NCBI GenBank assembly: GCA_964523485.1
Contig: CAZFZS010000001.1
Location: 148,466-212,465 of the forward strand
From: an uncultured Phycisphaeraceae bacterium
Lineage (GTDB): Bacteria > Planctomycetota > Phycisphaerae > Phycisphaerales > Phycisphaeraceae
DNA: 64,000 bases
Reading direction: 5' to 3'
This document shows positions 44,752 to 53,406 of the stretch, piece after piece; the stretch's first letter is position 1, and every line of letters begins with the position of its first letter. A program made the position numbers and the translations under genes. The notes under the pieces were generated by a model that saw only the letters and a list, made by a program, of their open reading frames with translations, ran no database searches and was not told the DNA's origin.

Positions 44752-47220
44752 ATGTCCTCTACGCACGAAACAGCTCGCTCCGGCCGCCGCTCCACCGATC
44801 GGCGGGGTTGGCCGGGCCTGAACGCAATCTCGATGATCGGCAACAACCTGCCGCGTCGCTGTGGGATCGCCACATTCACTTCTGATCTGTCGGATGCTTT
44901 AGCAGCTACTGCGCCGGAGATCGCGACGCACACGATCGCGATGAACGACCGGGCCGAGGGCTACCGTTACCCCTCGCGGGTCTGGTTCGAAATCAACGAG
45001 TCGCGCTTGGCCGAGTATCGCTTGGCAGCAGACTTTTTGAACATGTCCAGCGTGGACGTCGTCAGCCTGCAGCATGAGTTCGGCATCTTCGGCGGCAAGG
45101 CGGGCAGCCACCTTTTCGAGCTGCTGCGACGCCTGCGGATGCCGGTCGTCACGACGCTGCACACGGTCCTGAAAGACCCCGCCCCGGAGTACCGAGAGGG
45201 CCTGCTAGAACTGGCCAAGCATTGCGACCGATTCGTCGTGATGGCCGACCGGGCATTCGATTTTCTTACTGATATCTACGATATCCCGGAAGAGCGTATT
45301 CAGCTGATTCACCACGGCATCCCGGATGTGCCGTTCGTCGACCCGGCGTTTTATAAGGACCAGTTCGGCGTTGAGGGCAAGAAAGTCATCCTGACCTTCG
45401 GCCTGCTCGGGCCTTCCAAAGGCTTGGAAAACATGATCGAGGCGCTGCCCGCGATCGTGAAGGCCCACCCCGATGTCGTCTACATAGTGCTCGGCGCCAC
45501 CCACCCCGGTGTGCTTGCGCATTCCGGCGAAGAATATCGGCTCGGCCTGCAACGCCGGGCGAAAGAGCTGGGCGTCGATAAGAACATTAAATGGTTCAAC
45601 AAATTCGTCGAGCAGCAGGAGCTGGTCGAGTTTCTCGGGGCGGCAGACGTGTACGTCACGCCTTACGAGAACGAAGCCCAGATCACGTCCGGCACGTTGG
45701 CGTACGCGCTGGGCACGGGCAAGGCGACGGTTGCGACACCTTATTGGTATGCCCAAGAGATGTTGGCCGATGGCCGGGGCCGGATTGTGCCATTCAAGGA
45801 CACGCCGGCGATGAGCGAGGCGATCATCGGCCTTTTCGACAAGGAAATCGACCGCCACGCGATGCGGAAGAAGGCGTATCAGTTCACCCGCGACATGCGT
45901 TGGCGTGAGGTCGCTTCGCAGTACCTCGACTTGTTTGATCGGGTTCGTGAGGAGCGGGAGCGGTCGCCTAAGCCGTTGGCCGGCAAGAGCAAGCAGCACA
46001 GCACGACGCCGGAGCTGCAGGAGATCAAGCCCGACCACCTGCGGACGCTGACGGATGATTGCGGGATTCTTAGTCACGCGAAATTTACCGTGGCGGATCG
46101 TCAGTCCGGTTATACAACAACCAACAACGCCCGAGCCTTGGTCGCGGTGCTTGTCGCACAGGACCACCTCACGGCGGTCGCCACCGACGGGCCGAGGCTG
46201 GATGAGTTGGCGGGCAGGTATCTCGCGTTTTTAGAGCACGCATTCGACCATGGATCGGGGCGGTTTCGCGGGCGGATGAGCTTCGATCGGACCTGGGACC
46301 CGCAGACCTTCAGCGAAGACACACACGGTCAGGCGATTCGGGCCTTGGGCGAGTGCGTCGCGCGGTCGGGTGTGCGTGGCCACATGATGCTGGCGACCAA
46401 CCTGTTTCACCGGGCGCTGCCAGCCTGCGAGCAGTTTGAGCATGTCCACGGCTGGGCTTACTCGCTCATCGGCATCCACGCCTACCTCCGCCGGTTCTCC
46501 GGCGACTCGAACGCACGACGCACCCGCGAGACCTTGGCCCATCGCCTATTTGATGCATTCAAGCAGAACGGCTCGAACGATTGGCCATGGCCGACCGACC
46601 GCGTGACGTACACCGCCAGCCGGCTGCCGCACGCGTTGCTGCTGTCCGGCCGCTGGATGTTCAACAACGAGATGATCCAGCAGGCGCTGCGCAGCCTGGA
46701 ATGGCTGCAATCGATTCAGTTCCGTGAAGACGACGGGCGATTCGCCCCGGTCGGCAGCCACGGCTGGTATCCGCGTGGCGGTGAGAAGGCCCGTTTTGAT
46801 CAACTGCCCGCCGAAGCGACCGGCACGATCGATGCGAATCTCGAAGCCTTCCGCGTCACGAACGACCGCAAGTGGATCGACCGGGCGTACAAATGTCTGA
46901 ACTGGTTCATGGGCGACAACGACCTGCGGCAGCCGCTCTACGACAACATCTCCGGCGGCTGCTATGACAAGCTGATGGTCCAGGGCGTCGATGAAAACCA
47001 GGGGGCAGAGTCGACGGTGAGTTGGCTGCTGTCGCTACTGTCGCTTTACGAGCACAATCTCGCGGAACAGACCGGCTCGGACCCGACCAAGGAGCCGGCC
47101 CCGGGTGCGGTCGCGTCCGACGATCCGCCGGCCGACCCCCGAACGCCGGTGATCAAACCCGCAGGCAAAACCGCCAAGCCCCAGCCGACACGGACTCCGC
47201 CCGCTGCGGCTTCGACCTGA
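44752..47220 (+). CDS. GT4 glycosyltransferase fused to a six-hairpin glycosidase-like domain
   Basis: PRRCGIATF, QHEFGIFGG, FGLLGPSKGLE, TPYENEAQITSGTLAYA; C-terminal HLRTLTDD, FDQLPAE, NQGAEST. Confidence 0.88.
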   Translation: MSSTHETARSGRRSTDRRGWPGLNAISMIGNNLPRRCGIATFTSDLSDALAATAPEIATHTIAMNDRAEGYRYPSRVWFEINESRLAEYRLAADFLNMSSVDVVSLQHEFGIFGGKAGSHLFELLRRLRMPVVTTLHTVLKDPAPEYREGLLELAKHCDRFVVMADRAFDFLTDIYDIPEERIQLIHHGIPDVPFVDPAFYKDQFGVEGKKVILTFGLLGPSKGLENMIEALPAIVKAHPDVVYIVLGATHPGVLAHSGEEYRLGLQRRAKELGVDKNIKWFNKFVEQQELVEFLGAADVYVTPYENEAQITSGTLAYALGTGKATVATPYWYAQEMLADGRGRIVPFKDTPAMSEAIIGLFDKEIDRHAMRKKAYQFTRDMRWREVASQYLDLFDRVREERERSPKPLAGKSKQHSTTPELQEIKPDHLRTLTDDCGILSHAKFTVADRQSGYTTTNNARALVAVLVAQDHLTAVATDGPRLDELAGRYLAFLEHAFDHGSGRFRGRMSFDRTWDPQTFSEDTHGQAIRALGECVARSGVRGHMMLATNLFHRALPACEQFEHVHGWAYSLIGIHAYLRRFSGDSNARRTRETLAHRLFDAFKQNGSNDWPWPTDRVTYTASRLPHALLLSGRWMFNNEMIQQALRSLEWLQSIQFREDDGRFAPVGSHGWYPRGGEKARFDQLPAEATGTIDANLEAFRVTNDRKWIDRAYKCLNWFMGDNDLRQPLYDNISGGCYDKLMVQGVDENQGAESTVSWLLSLLSLYEHNLAEQTGSDPTKEPAPGAVASDDPPADPRTPVIKPAGKTAKPQPTRTPPAAAST

Positions 47221-47233
47221 GCATGCGTCAATA

Positions 47234-47261
47234 AAGCCGGGGGATGGCCATCCCCCGGCTT
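47234..47261. repeat. Family-A palindrome between convergent genes
   Basis: AAGCCGGGGGAT-GGCC-ATCCCCCGGCTT (perfect). Confidence 0.92.
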
Positions 47262-47266
47262 ACTTT

Positions 47267-48250
47267 TCACATCGTCAGTTCGCCGCGACGCTTCAACTCG
47301 AGGTGGTCGAGTTTTTCCTCGTGCTGATTGCCGTTGAGTTGCCAATAGGGCAGGCGGTCGCTGGCGACCAGTTCGAGTGAGTAGCCGTCGCTGCGGGTGA
47401 GCTTGACCAGCTTGCGGTCGGCCCCGTTGCGGTCGACATAGAAGGTGTATCGCCGTGAGCCCGCAGTCGAGGTGATGTCGGCCGTGTAGATATCGCACTC
47501 GAACGAGCCGGCGGGGGTCTCGACGGTCTGCGGTTGACTACTCGCCGCGAGCACGGCGGTGTCCCAGGCGGGCGGCTTGTGCGTCAGCCGCTGGATCGCC
47601 AGCGAGCGGTAGACCGGCACCTGCAGCGTTTGGCCGGGCTTGATGGTCGGGCCCGCCAAGCCGCGCGCCCAGAGAAACAGCGCATCCTCGGGCATCCCGC
47701 TGTCAGGCATCGCCGACATCGTGGTGCGGTCAGCTTGTCCCTGGAAATAGCTGTGTAAATCGCTTTTCACGGAAAGGTCGCCTCGCGGGCCGAGCTTGCC
47801 GAAGTTCGCCTGCTGATAGACATGCCCGCACCACTCCTGGCTGGAAAAGCTGACCTTCGTCGTCGAGCCGGCGGGCATCCCCTTGGCCGGCTCGGTGGCC
47901 ACGAACACGCTGGTCATCAGGTTGTAGTCGTAGATGCCGGTCTGGAAATCCTCGATCAGATTCAGCTTGATCACGCCATAAGTGTCCTCGCCCGCCCGGT
48001 CGGCCTTGACCTGCTGCTCAGGGTCGAATGGTTCGGTCACCGTGATGGCTACCGCTGTCCCGGTCCGCTCTTGGGCATACCGCGGGTAGGTCAGCGTATA
48101 GGTGGACATCTCGGCCAATCCGTCGAACCAGACTTTGCCGAACGCAGTGTCATATTTCACCATCGTGCCCGAAGACGCGATCGAAGCCGGCAACAGGCAA
48201 ACCGCCGCGAGTAGAAATCTGGCACCGAAAAAATTCATTCGTCCATTCAT
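47267..48250 (-). CDS. Secreted hypothetical protein
   Basis: Signal peptide; RY..ER.G.AV.I.VTEPF, QVKAD, KLN...FQTGIYDY..MTSVF, SSQEWCGH, LPYWQLN; function not recognised. Confidence 0.75.
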   Translation of the reverse strand: MNGRMNFFGARFLLAAVCLLPASIASSGTMVKYDTAFGKVWFDGLAEMSTYTLTYPRYAQERTGTAVAITVTEPFDPEQQVKADRAGEDTYGVIKLNLIEDFQTGIYDYNLMTSVFVATEPAKGMPAGSTTKVSFSSQEWCGHVYQQANFGKLGPRGDLSVKSDLHSYFQGQADRTTMSAMPDSGMPEDALFLWARGLAGPTIKPGQTLQVPVYRSLAIQRLTHKPPAWDTAVLAASSQPQTVETPAGSFECDIYTADITSTAGSRRYTFYVDRNGADRKLVKLTRSDGYSLELVASDRLPYWQLNGNQHEEKLDHLELKRRGELTM

Positions 48251-48338
48251 CGAAAGGCTCCTGTTTCATCAGGCCCAAAATTGCTACCAATCACACAGCC
48301 CCTATCGTAGCGCGGTGCGTGACGGACACATGCTTATG

Positions 48339-48420
48339 GGCCACAAAAAATCACAAAAATCACGTAAATAGAACTGACAGAAGTTTCATTTTGTGCGGCT
48401 CTTGTGACTCTTTGCGGCTA
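48339..48420. repeat. Inverted-repeat element with ~9-bp CACAAAAA-type units
   Basis: GCCACAAAAAATCACAAAAA ... TTTTGTGCGGCTCTTGTGACTCTTTGCGGC. Confidence 0.55.
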
Positions 48421-48430
48421 TGCAACCGAC

Positions 48431-49189
48431 TCACCCCGACCCGAAAATCAGCCAGGCCCCGATTGCGAAGATCGCCAGGTCAGCCCAGATGTGGCTGACC
48501 CAGGCCGCATAGATATTGCTGTATTTGCGATACAGCACCGACCAGATCACCCCACCCATGAACACACCGAACGAGGCCAGGGCGGTCGTCTTCGCATCGA
48601 AATAGACATTCAGCGCGATGATGTGGTGAGCAGTGAACCACAGGGCCCCCAGTACGATGACCAGCGGACTCAACCATCGTAAGCCCGCCAGCAGGTCGCG
48701 TAGCCGGGCATCGACGAACCACCGCCAAAAATATTCCTCGAGCAGGCTGTTGATGAAGCTCAGGTAGACGGCAAACGCAATGAATAGCCACACCCGATCC
48801 ATACCGACCGCGGCGATTTGGCTCCGCATCGCGTCAAGGTCGATCCACCGCTGGCCCACCGTGAGGTAGGCGGCGAAGATGGCACTTGCGATGAGCAATC
48901 CCGTGACATGTCCGGCAACCATCCCACGATTGGACCATTTAGGCATCCGGATCGGCTGCCGCTCGACGAACTTCAGCCAAAGCAGCGGCACCAGCAGCAG
49001 CCAGACCTTGCCCGCCATGAACAAGCCCTTCGCCGCCGGGTTGTCCGGCCAAATCACCAACGCCACGGTCGTACCGACGCTCGGAACGGTGGCACTGATC
49101 AGCAACGCAAGCAAGCCCAATCCCCGCCGACCGGACGCGGATGCAGCCTTCCGTAAATCTCCCCCCGGATCGGTTTGGTACTCGTTCAT
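48431..49189 (-). CDS. CPBP (CAAX/Abi) intramembrane glutamic endopeptidase
   Basis: EEYFWR, FTAHH, SHIWAD motifs; multi-TM. Confidence 0.9.
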   Translation of the reverse strand: MNEYQTDPGGDLRKAASASGRRGLGLLALLISATVPSVGTTVALVIWPDNPAAKGLFMAGKVWLLLVPLLWLKFVERQPIRMPKWSNRGMVAGHVTGLLIASAIFAAYLTVGQRWIDLDAMRSQIAAVGMDRVWLFIAFAVYLSFINSLLEEYFWRWFVDARLRDLLAGLRWLSPLVIVLGALWFTAHHIIALNVYFDAKTTALASFGVFMGGVIWSVLYRKYSNIYAAWVSHIWADLAIFAIGAWLIFGSG

Positions 49190-49349
49190 AAAAAAATTCT
49201 GATTAGAACGCGGACGTTCTTTGTATTTGTGTGATATTCACGTCTATAATTTAATCAGTTGCAGATTTAGTCAGTTGCCGGGCTTTGTCATTTCGGCGGA
49301 CCGGCTTTTCCGCAGGGTAGCAGCGGGTCGAACGACCTAAGGCAAAATC

Positions 49350-50072
49350 ATGGCCATCAGCCCAATACTGCAGCGGCTGCGTCAGACCCCGGGTGTCTTG
49401 CCCAAGCTCTGGGATTCGGTCATCGAAGACCCCAACACTTACGTGTTGATGATCAACGACCGACTCGAGATTCTTTATACCAACGAAAACGCTCATTCCT
49501 TCTTCACAGGCGACGAAACCGGGTCCGCTGGGGATTATCTCGGTAAAAATCTCGAAGAGGTCTTTCCCGCTCAGTATTTCGAGGAACGAGTACAACTGTT
49601 CCGCAAAACCATGGAAGACCGTAAGGTCCGCCTGGTCCGTGGGATATGGATGGGTTGGCAGTATCTGAATCGGCTGATTCCGCTATCACGGCGGGAGACA
49701 GATTTCGATTCCGCCTTACTGGTGATCGGCCGTCGAACCCCGGGTTATCAGGTTTTCGAAGATTTATTGGCTGACGGCGAAGAAATTATTGAGGCGGAGG
49801 TCGTTAATCTGGGACCCCTGGACCTGCTGACCTCGCGTGAATTGGAAGTGCTGGCTCTGCTGGGCCGAGGACATTCCATCAAGGAGGTCGCCAAAGCGTT
49901 GCATCGCTCGCCCAAAACGATTGAAAACCACCGGATGTCCATCGGTACGAAGCTGGGCATCAGCGACAGGGCGGAACTGATCGAGTTGGCTCGACAGGCG
50001 GGCTTAACCTTGCAAGACGCCGGAAGAACCCGTAGCCGACCGCCGATTGTGGTTGAACCTGCCGCAGAATGA
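49350..50072 (+). CDS. PAS-domain LuxR-family transcriptional regulator
   Basis: N-terminal PAS-like region; LTSRELEVLALLGRGHSIKEVAKALHRSPKTIENHRMSIGTKLG. Confidence 0.92.
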   Translation: MAISPILQRLRQTPGVLPKLWDSVIEDPNTYVLMINDRLEILYTNENAHSFFTGDETGSAGDYLGKNLEEVFPAQYFEERVQLFRKTMEDRKVRLVRGIWMGWQYLNRLIPLSRRETDFDSALLVIGRRTPGYQVFEDLLADGEEIIEAEVVNLGPLDLLTSRELEVLALLGRGHSIKEVAKALHRSPKTIENHRMSIGTKLGISDRAELIELARQAGLTLQDAGRTRSRPPIVVEPAAE

Positions 50073-50117
50073 GGCATACACCCCATTGAAATCCCTTAGT
50101 TTTTGTGGATGATGCTT

Positions 50118-50310
50118 AGATGCGAACCAGGGGTCGCACGGGTAGAAAGCTATTTCCGGTACACCAAGATTTGTTCAAGCTGGGATAGTTCCGGATCCCA
50201 GAACTTGCTGTGTCGCACAATGATGTTTGGGTTCACTCATACCACCCCCCCGGAGTGGGCTCGGATGTCACCATGAGTGCCGGTCCTTTAGGGCCGGCAC
50301 TCTTTTTTTT
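50118..50310 (+). ncRNA. Candidate small RNA (or long structured 3' UTR)
   Basis: Hairpins at 50121-50137 and 50180-50201, C-rich loop at 50234-50257, strong terminator; only short ORFs (up to about 22 codons) seen. Confidence 0.4.
50275..50310 (+). terminator. Intrinsic terminator
   Basis: GAGTGCCGGTCC-TTTA-GGGCCGGCACTC followed by T8. Confidence 0.92.
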
Positions 50311-50425
50311 GGAATCGTTTCTCAACACTGATGCAACCCCTCCCGTGCAATAGGCTTACTATGGACAGCGAATCTTACGCGAATGTGCCAGCTTTCCGTG
50401 TGATTGCTGATCCGAGCTGCTGACC

Positions 50426-51088
50426 ATGGCCGAATCCAAATCTCACTCGCACGATTCAGCGATGCACCGCGAACTCGCGGCGTCCTGTCCGCAGTGGCCC
50501 GCGGCGGGGGAATTGCTGACTGCTGTCGTGGATCGTCTCGAGTCGATGGTGAACGCCGATGGCGTACTGCTGACTTGTGGCAACGGCGGCAGCGCGGCCG
50601 ATGCCTCGCACATCGTGGCCGAACTGGTCAAATGTTTTCGGGTCAAGCGGCCGCTGGATGAAAAGCAACGCAGGCAATTCGAAGATAACGCCCCCGACGC
50701 TGGCGGCGACACCGCGGATCGCTTAGAGCAAGGCATCCGTGCGGTCAGTCTGACCTGTTCGACGCCGATTCTTACCGCCATCGCCAACGACTGCGGGGCC
50801 GATCTGGTTTTTGCTCAGCAGGTCTGGGCGTTGGCTCGACCCAATGACGTTGTGCTGGGGCTGAGCACCTCCGGCAACTCAGAAAACGTGCTCCAGGCAT
50901 TCCGGGCCGCCAAGGTCCGCGGCTGCACGACCATCGGTTTGTGCGGCGAACAAAGCTGCAAGATGGACGGCCTATGCGACCTGCTGGTCAAAGCGCCCTC
51001 ATCAAAAACTTTCCGCATCCAGGAATACCACCTTGCGTTTTATCACGCGATGTGTGCATTGCTGGAGCAGCGGGTTTTCCAAAAATAA
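50426..51088 (+). CDS. gmhA: D-sedoheptulose 7-phosphate isomerase (SIS domain)
   Basis: CGNGGSAADASHIVAEL, TAIAND, FAQQV, LSTSGNSENV, RIQEYH. Confidence 0.93.
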   Translation: MAESKSHSHDSAMHRELAASCPQWPAAGELLTAVVDRLESMVNADGVLLTCGNGGSAADASHIVAELVKCFRVKRPLDEKQRRQFEDNAPDAGGDTADRLEQGIRAVSLTCSTPILTAIANDCGADLVFAQQVWALARPNDVVLGLSTSGNSENVLQAFRAAKVRGCTTIGLCGEQSCKMDGLCDLLVKAPSSKTFRIQEYHLAFYHAMCALLEQRVFQK

Positions 51089-51118
51089 AAAGCCGACGGA
51101 TGGCCATCCGTCGGCTTT
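51089..51118. repeat. Family-A palindrome between gmhA and the tRNA-Glu 3' end
   Basis: AAAGCCGACGGAT-GGCC-ATCCGTCGGCTTT (perfect). Confidence 0.92.
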
Positions 51119-51128
51119 GATCAGGCAA

Positions 51129-51201
51129 TACCCCCTACGAGATTTGAACTCGTGTCGCCGCCGTGAGAGGGCGGTGTCCTGGGCCACTAGACGAAGGGGG
51201 C
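51129..51201 (-). tRNA. tRNA-Glu (anticodon CUC)
   Basis: GCCCCCTTCGTCTAGTGGCCCAGGACACCGCCCTCTCACGGCGGCGACACGAGTTCAAATCTCGTAGGGGGTA; full cloverleaf, 73 nt, CCA not encoded. Confidence 0.97.
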
Positions 51202-51262
51202 GTCAAGGCTCGGCCGATCGGGTGAGCCGGGTCGGCAAGCGTAGAAGCCCGCCGCAACCGCG

Positions 51263-52255
51263 TCAAGCCTGCCGACGGAGCTTCAGCGGATCGATGTTTA
51301 AGCGTCCCAGCTCGCCACGGACCTCCTGCCAGAACCGCTTGGCGTCGCTGCCGTAGCCCTTGGTCGGCGCGACCTCAGGCAGTCGTTCGGCAAACCAGGC
51401 CTGAAAGCGGTGCATCAGCAGCTCGCGGGTGTACTTGGCCAACATCGATGCCAGGGCGGTGGGCATGTGGTCCGACTCGGCCTGCGTTTGAAAATGCACC
51501 AGCATCCGTCGGCCCGCGGAACCGTTCTGCCAAATCTCGTAGCTCGAATGAGCCGGCGTCTCCCGCACGATATCGATGTTGCAATCGGCAAAGGTATCGG
51601 CCAGCAGCCTTCGGTAATGCGACCGCCCGGATTGACGGTCGACGACGACGGTGGGGCGGTGCTGGCTGTGGTGTTGCCAGATGTGAAGCAGGTGGCCGGC
51701 CACGCGGGTGAAGCTCACCGCCGCCTTCGAGCGGGTGGTCTGCACCTCTTCATTAAAGCGGTCCTCGAAGACAACCTGGACGCCCAGGTGTTCAACCTGC
51801 ACGCCGATGCGGTGAGCGGTGGTGGCCAGCAGGCCACGGGCGATGGCGAGTTGGCCGGGGTCCGCCGCATCAGGCAGTGCTTGCCAGGGCCGATCCGCAG
51901 TCGCGGCATACCAAGGCAGAACCGCGTCGCCGCGATGCCCCTCAGCCCCCATCGCGTCGAGCCATCGCCCGACATCTTCAGGATGATGGTCCGCCATCGC
52001 GGCGAAGGCCAGGCAGCCGGTTTCGAGATGGGCGATCCCCGCGGCCTTGGTCGTCAGCTTCTTGCTGTCGTTAACAACAACTCGGCCCTTGCGGCCGGTC
52101 AGCGTCTTGCACACCGCTTTGTTCAGCCGCCGCCACAGGTCCGGCGGGTCGGCCCCGGCCTCAAGCTTGGGGATCGACAGCACGCAGCAACCCACCGTCA
52201 GCGGCCCGAAGAACGGCCCATACCCCGCTTCATCGATACCGGCATAAATAAACAT
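51263..52255 (-). CDS. rnhB: Ribonuclease HII-like protein (divergent, with insertions)
   Basis: AGIDEAGYGP, NDSKK, VDRQSGR, ALASMLAKYTRE, KGYG; ATG at 52255. Confidence 0.82.
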   Translation of the reverse strand: MFIYAGIDEAGYGPFFGPLTVGCCVLSIPKLEAGADPPDLWRRLNKAVCKTLTGRKGRVVVNDSKKLTTKAAGIAHLETGCLAFAAMADHHPEDVGRWLDAMGAEGHRGDAVLPWYAATADRPWQALPDAADPGQLAIARGLLATTAHRIGVQVEHLGVQVVFEDRFNEEVQTTRSKAAVSFTRVAGHLLHIWQHHSQHRPTVVVDRQSGRSHYRRLLADTFADCNIDIVRETPAHSSYEIWQNGSAGRRMLVHFQTQAESDHMPTALASMLAKYTRELLMHRFQAWFAERLPEVAPTKGYGSDAKRFWQEVRGELGRLNIDPLKLRRQA

Positions 52256-52476
52256 GACAAGCCCGAACTTTAACACAGCCCCTCCGGCAGCAATCATTAT
52301 TTAAGACCGCACTGAAATGTTTACCCAGATTAACTTCGAGGAAATTCTCTCGTTTTTAGCCGTCCAGCCGCGTAGGATCAGGGCAGGAGTTCGACGCGAA
52401 TTGCGGATTTTGCGGCCGTGCCGAACAGCATGTCACGGATGGTTGAAGATCGAAAATTTTGTGTGAGGTAGATGTT

Positions 52477-53349
52477 ATGACTCAGATGACAAGTAAACTG
52501 GCACTGGCAGGTACAGCGGGTTTCGCAGTGGCGTTCGCGGCAGCGGTGCTGACCACGATGCCCGCTGCGGGGCAGATGACCTATTCCGCGGCTGGCGTGT
52601 CGGTCGGCGAGTCGACCGCCTCTACGTCTGACATCCGCGAACGAGCTTTGCGGGCCTATCGATCCGACGGGGCAATCTCCATCGGCGTCGTCCGAGACCT
52701 TCGGCTGACCCCCGCCTTCGACCCCCGCACAGACTTCAGCCGATTCAACCGTTTCGACCGGTCGGACCGCTGGATCGCCCGCGAAGTGATTCTCGGCCGC
52801 ATCGACCCGCTGCGCAGCCGTGATCAATCCGTCGGCATCGTCCGGGCCTACCGCAACATTCCCGGCGTCGATGTAAGCCAACCCCGCCCCGGCGTGCTCG
52901 TATTCCGCAACGCCAATGCGGAGGATGAAACGCAGGAAAACACCGGCGAGCAATCGCAAAATCAATCGCTACCCAACACAGCAAACTCGAACGAGCCGGT
53001 ACAGATCGTGGCGGTGCAAAGCCGCTCCGTTGAACTCGACAGCGACCCGTGGGTGTTGCTCAACCAAGGCCTGTATCGCGATGCCCGGGAACAGTTCAAC
53101 GCGATGCAGGATGCGGATAGCGTCGAGTCGATGACCGGCCGAGCCCTGGCTGCGGCCTTGGCGGGCGACCTCGCTGGAGCTAGCGAGTTGATGCCCGATT
53201 CACCGACTTTGCCCGACAGCGTCACGCTCGCAGAAGCGACACGCACCCGGATCAATCAGGTCAAAAACCTGCTATTCCAAGGCGATGACCAAATGCAGGA
53301 AGCACTGCAAGCGATCCTCGACGCGACCACACCGCCAACGGCAAGTTGA
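52477..53349 (+). CDS. Secreted hypothetical protein
   Basis: Signal peptide (ALAGTAGFAVAFAAAVL..AAG); TPR-like helical C-terminal part. Confidence 0.7.
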   Translation: MTQMTSKLALAGTAGFAVAFAAAVLTTMPAAGQMTYSAAGVSVGESTASTSDIRERALRAYRSDGAISIGVVRDLRLTPAFDPRTDFSRFNRFDRSDRWIAREVILGRIDPLRSRDQSVGIVRAYRNIPGVDVSQPRPGVLVFRNANAEDETQENTGEQSQNQSLPNTANSNEPVQIVAVQSRSVELDSDPWVLLNQGLYRDAREQFNAMQDADSVESMTGRALAAALAGDLAGASELMPDSPTLPDSVTLAEATRTRINQVKNLLFQGDDQMQEALQAILDATTPPTAS

Positions 53350-53379
53350 AGTCATTCTCCGAACCTATCCCCGTCCCCG

Positions 53380-53406
53380 AAGCCCACGGATTCAATCCGT
53401 GGGCTT
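53380..53406. repeat. Family-A palindrome overlapping the GT9 stop codon
   Basis: AAGCCCACGGAT-TCA-ATCCGTGGGCTT. Confidence 0.9.

Noticed and set aside
49190-51201. Genomic island integrated at the tRNA-Glu 3' end
   Set aside because: No integrase, no duplicated tRNA 3' end (att site) seen, and the flanking genes are ordinary.
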